Origin: Chlamydia trachomatis
GTDB taxonomy: Bacteria > Chlamydiota > Chlamydiia > Chlamydiales > 2-12-FULL-49-11
Direction: 5' to 3'
Assembly: GCA_945897715.1 (NCBI GenBank)
Contig: CAMDFS010000001.1
Span: forward strand, 1 to 45,416
Length of the DNA: 45,416 nt
In this document: piece after piece, positions 42,530 through 45,416 of the stretch
Position numbering within the stretch: the stretch's first letter is position 1
Layout of the letters: every line of letters begins with the position of its first letter
The notes under the pieces: generated by a model
The model's input: the letters and a program-made list of their open reading frames with translations, nothing else
What the model was told of the DNA's origin: nothing
The model's database searches: none
Position numbers and translations under genes: made by a program

Positions 42530-43751
42530 TACCTTATTGTTTTCAATTCTTCTAATGTCCTCATTGTTTTTCCAGGCATTTTTTACCATGACGGAGATGT
42601 CGTTTGTATCCTTTAATAGAGTTCGACTTGCATATTATGTAGAGAGGGGGCAAAAAGGGGCGATAGCTCTTAGAAAATTACTTGATAAACCGACCTCTTT
42701 ATTCGGAACTACTTTAATCGGGGTGAATTTTTTCCTTCAACTTGGTTCAGAGTGCGGTAGGCGAGTGGTTTCTAGCCTAGGTTTTGATCCTGACTTAGCA
42801 TATATTCCTCAGGTGGTGATTGTTATGCTTTTTGCGGAGCTGATCCCCATGCTTGCAGCGCGTGATCATTCTGAGCATTTGGCTATGTTTGCGATAAAAC
42901 CTATACAATTGATTTCGAAAATTCTTACCCCTTTAATTTGGGTTATCGATGGACTTTCTAAAATAGTAATCTATTTTCTTAAAAGCCCTTTGAAGGTAAA
43001 TAGTTCTTTATCTCGTGATGAATTGAAAAACTTGCTTGTAGATTCTGAAGGGAGTCAAATAGAAAATGGAACTGAAGATTTAGAGCCATTGATAGAAAAT
43101 ATCTTTCATTTAAAGACGAAAACACCGCGCGATATGATGGTGCCTATTCATGAAATTCCTTGTGCATCCTATCACAGTGTTGTAGGAGATGTGCGCGATC
43201 ATCTTCACCAGACAAAGGCAAAGTATGTCCCTTTGTACCATGAAAAACGGGATAACATTTTTGGTATTGCCTATTCTCAAGATCTTTTGAATATGTCAGA
43301 TTCTGAATCCATCAAAGATATAGCCCGCTCACCATGGTTTGTGATTGAGACAAACTCTATCTATCAGGTGATTAATCAATTTAGAAAAAATAACCAGAAA
43401 ATAGCGATTGTTCTGGATATAAATGGAAGTGTTATTGGAATTTTATCCCTTTCTTCCATTGTGAATGAAATTTTTTCAGGAATTTTACTCAATAGTGAAG
43501 TTTTGAAAGAAAAGTCAAAGGTATATATCGATAAAGCATTTCCAATTACAACCCCTTTATCTGAATTATCAAAGCGGTTAAAAATACAAATTCCAGATTT
43601 GAAGAATACAACTTTAGAAGATTTTATGATTAAAAAACTTGGGGCGGCTCCTAAAGATGGTGAGGTGGTAATCATTGGGGAGTACGAGTTTGTCTTTGAA
43701 GGGGCGGCTTTTTCTCAGGATAGAAGGATTCGAATTAAATCGAGAGGTTAA
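42510..43751 (+). CDS. CNNM/TlyC-family protein, copy 2 (divergent)
   Basis: 413 aa with the same architecture. The DEYGG position reads LDINGSVIGILSLSSIVNE. It overlaps copy 1 by 20 nt. Confidence 0.8.
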   Translation: MEGRVGDTLLFSILLMSSLFFQAFFTMTEMSFVSFNRVRLAYYVERGQKGAIALRKLLDKPTSLFGTTLIGVNFFLQLGSECGRRVVSSLGFDPDLAYIPQVVIVMLFAELIPMLAARDHSEHLAMFAIKPIQLISKILTPLIWVIDGLSKIVIYFLKSPLKVNSSLSRDELKNLLVDSEGSQIENGTEDLEPLIENIFHLKTKTPRDMMVPIHEIPCASYHSVVGDVRDHLHQTKAKYVPLYHEKRDNIFGIAYSQDLLNMSDSESIKDIARSPWFVIETNSIYQVINQFRKNNQKIAIVLDINGSVIGILSLSSIVNEIFSGILLNSEVLKEKSKVYIDKAFPITTPLSELSKRLKIQIPDLKNTTLEDFMIKKLGAAPKDGEVVIIGEYEFVFEGAAFSQDRRIRIKSRG

Positions 43752-44570
43752 ATGAAAAAGATCGTGATATCTGGAATGACAGGGATGGTGGGATCTGTTT
43801 TAGCCCCTTTTCTTAAAAGTAAAGGATTTGAAGTAGTAAAGTTTTCAGGTAATGTAGATGGGGCATATGTTGTGATTAATCTTTCTGGTGAAAACATTGG
43901 AAAGGGTAGATGGACAAAAAAGAAGAGAGAAAAGATCTACAAAAGCCGGATTGAAACGACAAAGCAATTGGTTAAGTTGATGGAAGGGGCTGATAAACCC
44001 CCTAATATCTTTATTTCAGCATCAGCTGTTGGTTATTACGGAGCAAATGCAAAAGTTGTAGATAGTGAAGAGGGTCTTAATGGAACGGATTTTTTATCTA
44101 TGGTGTGTAGAGATTGGGAAAAAGAGGCAAATCAATACACCAAGGGTCGAGTTTTGACAATGAGATTTGGAGTGGTTATGACCAAAACTTCTGGATTTTT
44201 GGAAAAGCTATCAAAGATTGCAACATTTGGATTGCTAGGGAGATTTGGTTCTGGAGGGCAAAAGACAAGTTGGATTGCAATGGAAGATTTAGCCCAAGTT
44301 ATTCTGCACTGTATTACTCATGTCGAGATTGTTGGAGCTGTAAATGTTACCGCCCCTTACCCGTTTTCCAATAAGGAGTGTGTTGCAGTTGTAACCAAAT
44401 TGGTTCATAGATGGAGGTTTTTTTCCATTCCAAATTTCTTCATAAAGTGGATTTTTGGGAAAAAAGGAAAGGAATTGCTCCTTGTCGATCAGTCTGTATA
44501 TCCAAAAAAACTTCTTGATACTGGATTTAATTTCAGGTTTTCACATATTGAAGATGTGTTGCTAAAATAG
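43752..44570 (+). CDS. TIGR01777/YfcH-like NAD-binding epimerase-family protein (with DUF1731-type tail)
   Basis: Has GMTGMVG and GSGGQKTSWIAMEDL, with a C-terminal PKKLLDTGFNFRFSHIEDVL. Confidence 0.8.
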   Translation: MKKIVISGMTGMVGSVLAPFLKSKGFEVVKFSGNVDGAYVVINLSGENIGKGRWTKKKREKIYKSRIETTKQLVKLMEGADKPPNIFISASAVGYYGANAKVVDSEEGLNGTDFLSMVCRDWEKEANQYTKGRVLTMRFGVVMTKTSGFLEKLSKIATFGLLGRFGSGGQKTSWIAMEDLAQVILHCITHVEIVGAVNVTAPYPFSNKECVAVVTKLVHRWRFFSIPNFFIKWIFGKKGKELLLVDQSVYPKKLLDTGFNFRFSHIEDVLLK

Positions 44571-44601
44571 AGCTATAGTCTGTATTCTTTTGTAAAAAAG
44601 G

Positions 44602-45063
44602 ATGGTTTTTATGAAAGCAATGACATTTGTGGCGGTCTATTTGGTGCTTATGAGAGATAATCAGGTGCTGATGTCCCTTAGAGAAAACACAGGATATGCA
44701 GATGGACAGTGGTCCCTTGTTGCTGGACACCAGGAGGTTGGTGAAGCGGCAAGTAGTGCTATGGTTAGAGAGGCCTATGAAGAAGCTGGAATTGTTATCG
44801 ATGAGAGTGATCTTATTCCTATTCACATTATGCATAGAAAAACCAACAGAGAGGCAGTGGATATATTTTTTGAATGTCATGTATGGGAAAATGTCCTTGA
44901 AAATAAAGAGCCTCACAAGTGTGGGGGATTGAAGTTTTTTTCTTTGGGTGATTTTCCTGAAAATACCCTATCTTATGTAAAAGAGGCAATTGAAATGGGA
45001 AAAGAGGGGAAGTTTTTTAGCGAACAGGGATGGAAAGAGACGCTTGTGCAAGAAGTCTATTAG
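44602..45063 (+). CDS. NUDIX hydrolase
   Basis: The Nudix box GHQEVGEAASSAMVREAYEEAGI is present (Gx5Ex7REUxEExGU). Confidence 0.88.
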   Translation: MVFMKAMTFVAVYLVLMRDNQVLMSLRENTGYADGQWSLVAGHQEVGEAASSAMVREAYEEAGIVIDESDLIPIHIMHRKTNREAVDIFFECHVWENVLENKEPHKCGGLKFFSLGDFPENTLSYVKEAIEMGKEGKFFSEQGWKETLVQEVY

Positions 45064-45073
45064 AATAAAAGTT

Positions 45074-45160
45074 CGGAGGAGAAGGGATTCGAACCCCCGA
45101 AACGCTTTCACGTTTACACGCTTTCCAAGCGTGCTCTTTCGGCCGCTCAGACACTCCTCC
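45074..45160 (-). tRNA. tRNA-Ser (anticodon GGA)
   Basis: The reverse complement is GGAGGAGTGTCTGAGCGGCCGAAAGAGCACGCTTGGAAAGCGTGTAAACGTGAAAGCGTTTCGGGGGTTCGAATCCCTTCTCCTCCG. It has a long variable arm and the anticodon loop TTGGAAA. Confidence 0.92.
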
Positions 45161-45173
45161 AAAAGAGACTAAA

Positions 45174-45202
45174 AGATTAGCATTTCTAAGAAAAAAACTC
45201 AA
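45174..45202 (-). promoter_or_regulatory. candidate sigma70-like promoter for tRNA-Ser
   Basis: The minus strand reads TTGAGT-N17-TAATCT, with TGC immediately 5' of the -10 element. The -10 ends 13 nt before the tRNA 5' end. Confidence 0.45.
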
Positions 45203-45337
45203 TCTAAAAAATACATTTTTTTTTAGGTGTAAATATTAAAAATGATGTATAAATATTTAATATTTACAGGCCCTTTCAAGGTTGAAGTGCAAAAAATAAG
45301 CATAGAGAATTTTAGAAATTCATGTTGTGTTCCTCAA

Positions 45338-45416
45338 TTATACCATACCTCTAGATAGACTATCAAATACTTCTAACGGAGTTTTAAAGCCTAGGACTTT
45401 TCTTGGCCTATTGTTA
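45338..45416 (-). mobile_element. IS30-family transposase gene, 3' end only (truncated by window edge)
   Basis: The minus-strand frame reads NNRPRKVLGFKTPLEVFDSLSRGMV*, matching the conserved IS30 transposase C-terminus (..NNRPRKxLGxKTPxEVF). The stop is at 45338-45340. Confidence 0.75.

Noticed and set aside
45229-45267. 11-bp inverted repeat GTAAATATTAA...TTAATATTTAC, a possible IS30 terminal repeat or operator.
   Set aside because: It is pure A/T-rich sequence where such matches are frequent. The other end of the IS is outside the window, so the inverted-repeat assignment cannot be tested.

Overview
This is a 45.4-kb AT-rich, gene-dense chromosomal window. Its gene content and order point to an environmental (amoeba-associated, Parachlamydiaceae-like) member of the Chlamydiae. 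The evidence is a pyrG-ruvX-zwf-(opcA)-pgl operon, dnaN-recF, a Lys/Ala-rich Hc2/HctB-like histone, a TLC/NTT nucleotide transporter, PPi-dependent phosphofructokinase and tandem CNNM/TlyC genes. I support about 50 CDS, three minus-strand tRNAs (Pro-UGG, Leu-UAG, Ser-GGA), three clear intrinsic terminators, two sigma70-like tRNA promoters, one chimeric pseudogene region, and the 3' end of an IS30-family transposase cut by the right window edge. No rRNA or CRISPR array is present. The items most worth a second look are listed here.
- An orphan 470-aa protein (8238-9650) has collinear toxin-type DXD glycosyltransferase motifs and is a candidate host-targeting effector.
- A 190-aa methyltransferase (22848-23420) has motif order resembling the eukaryotic DOT1 histone-methyltransferase core.
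- An overlapping ribbon-helix-helix plus DUF1016/YhcG PDDEXK-nuclease pair (19951-21166) has a 47-nt fragment copy 4 kb away inside a decayed locus.
- An arginase-fold protein (6762-7649) appears to lack half of its metal ligands.
- A LysR regulator is divergent from the nucleotide transporter, with two phased T-N11-A dyads between them.
- A tRNA-Leu/trmB/orphan/tRNA-Pro co-oriented unit lies at 33191-35056.
- A tightly coupled GrpB/methyltransferase/RibD_C-GNAT/ABC-exporter block lies at 11790-15861.
All family assignments come from motif recognition by eye and from sequences recalled from memory. No searches, alignments or composition statistics were run.
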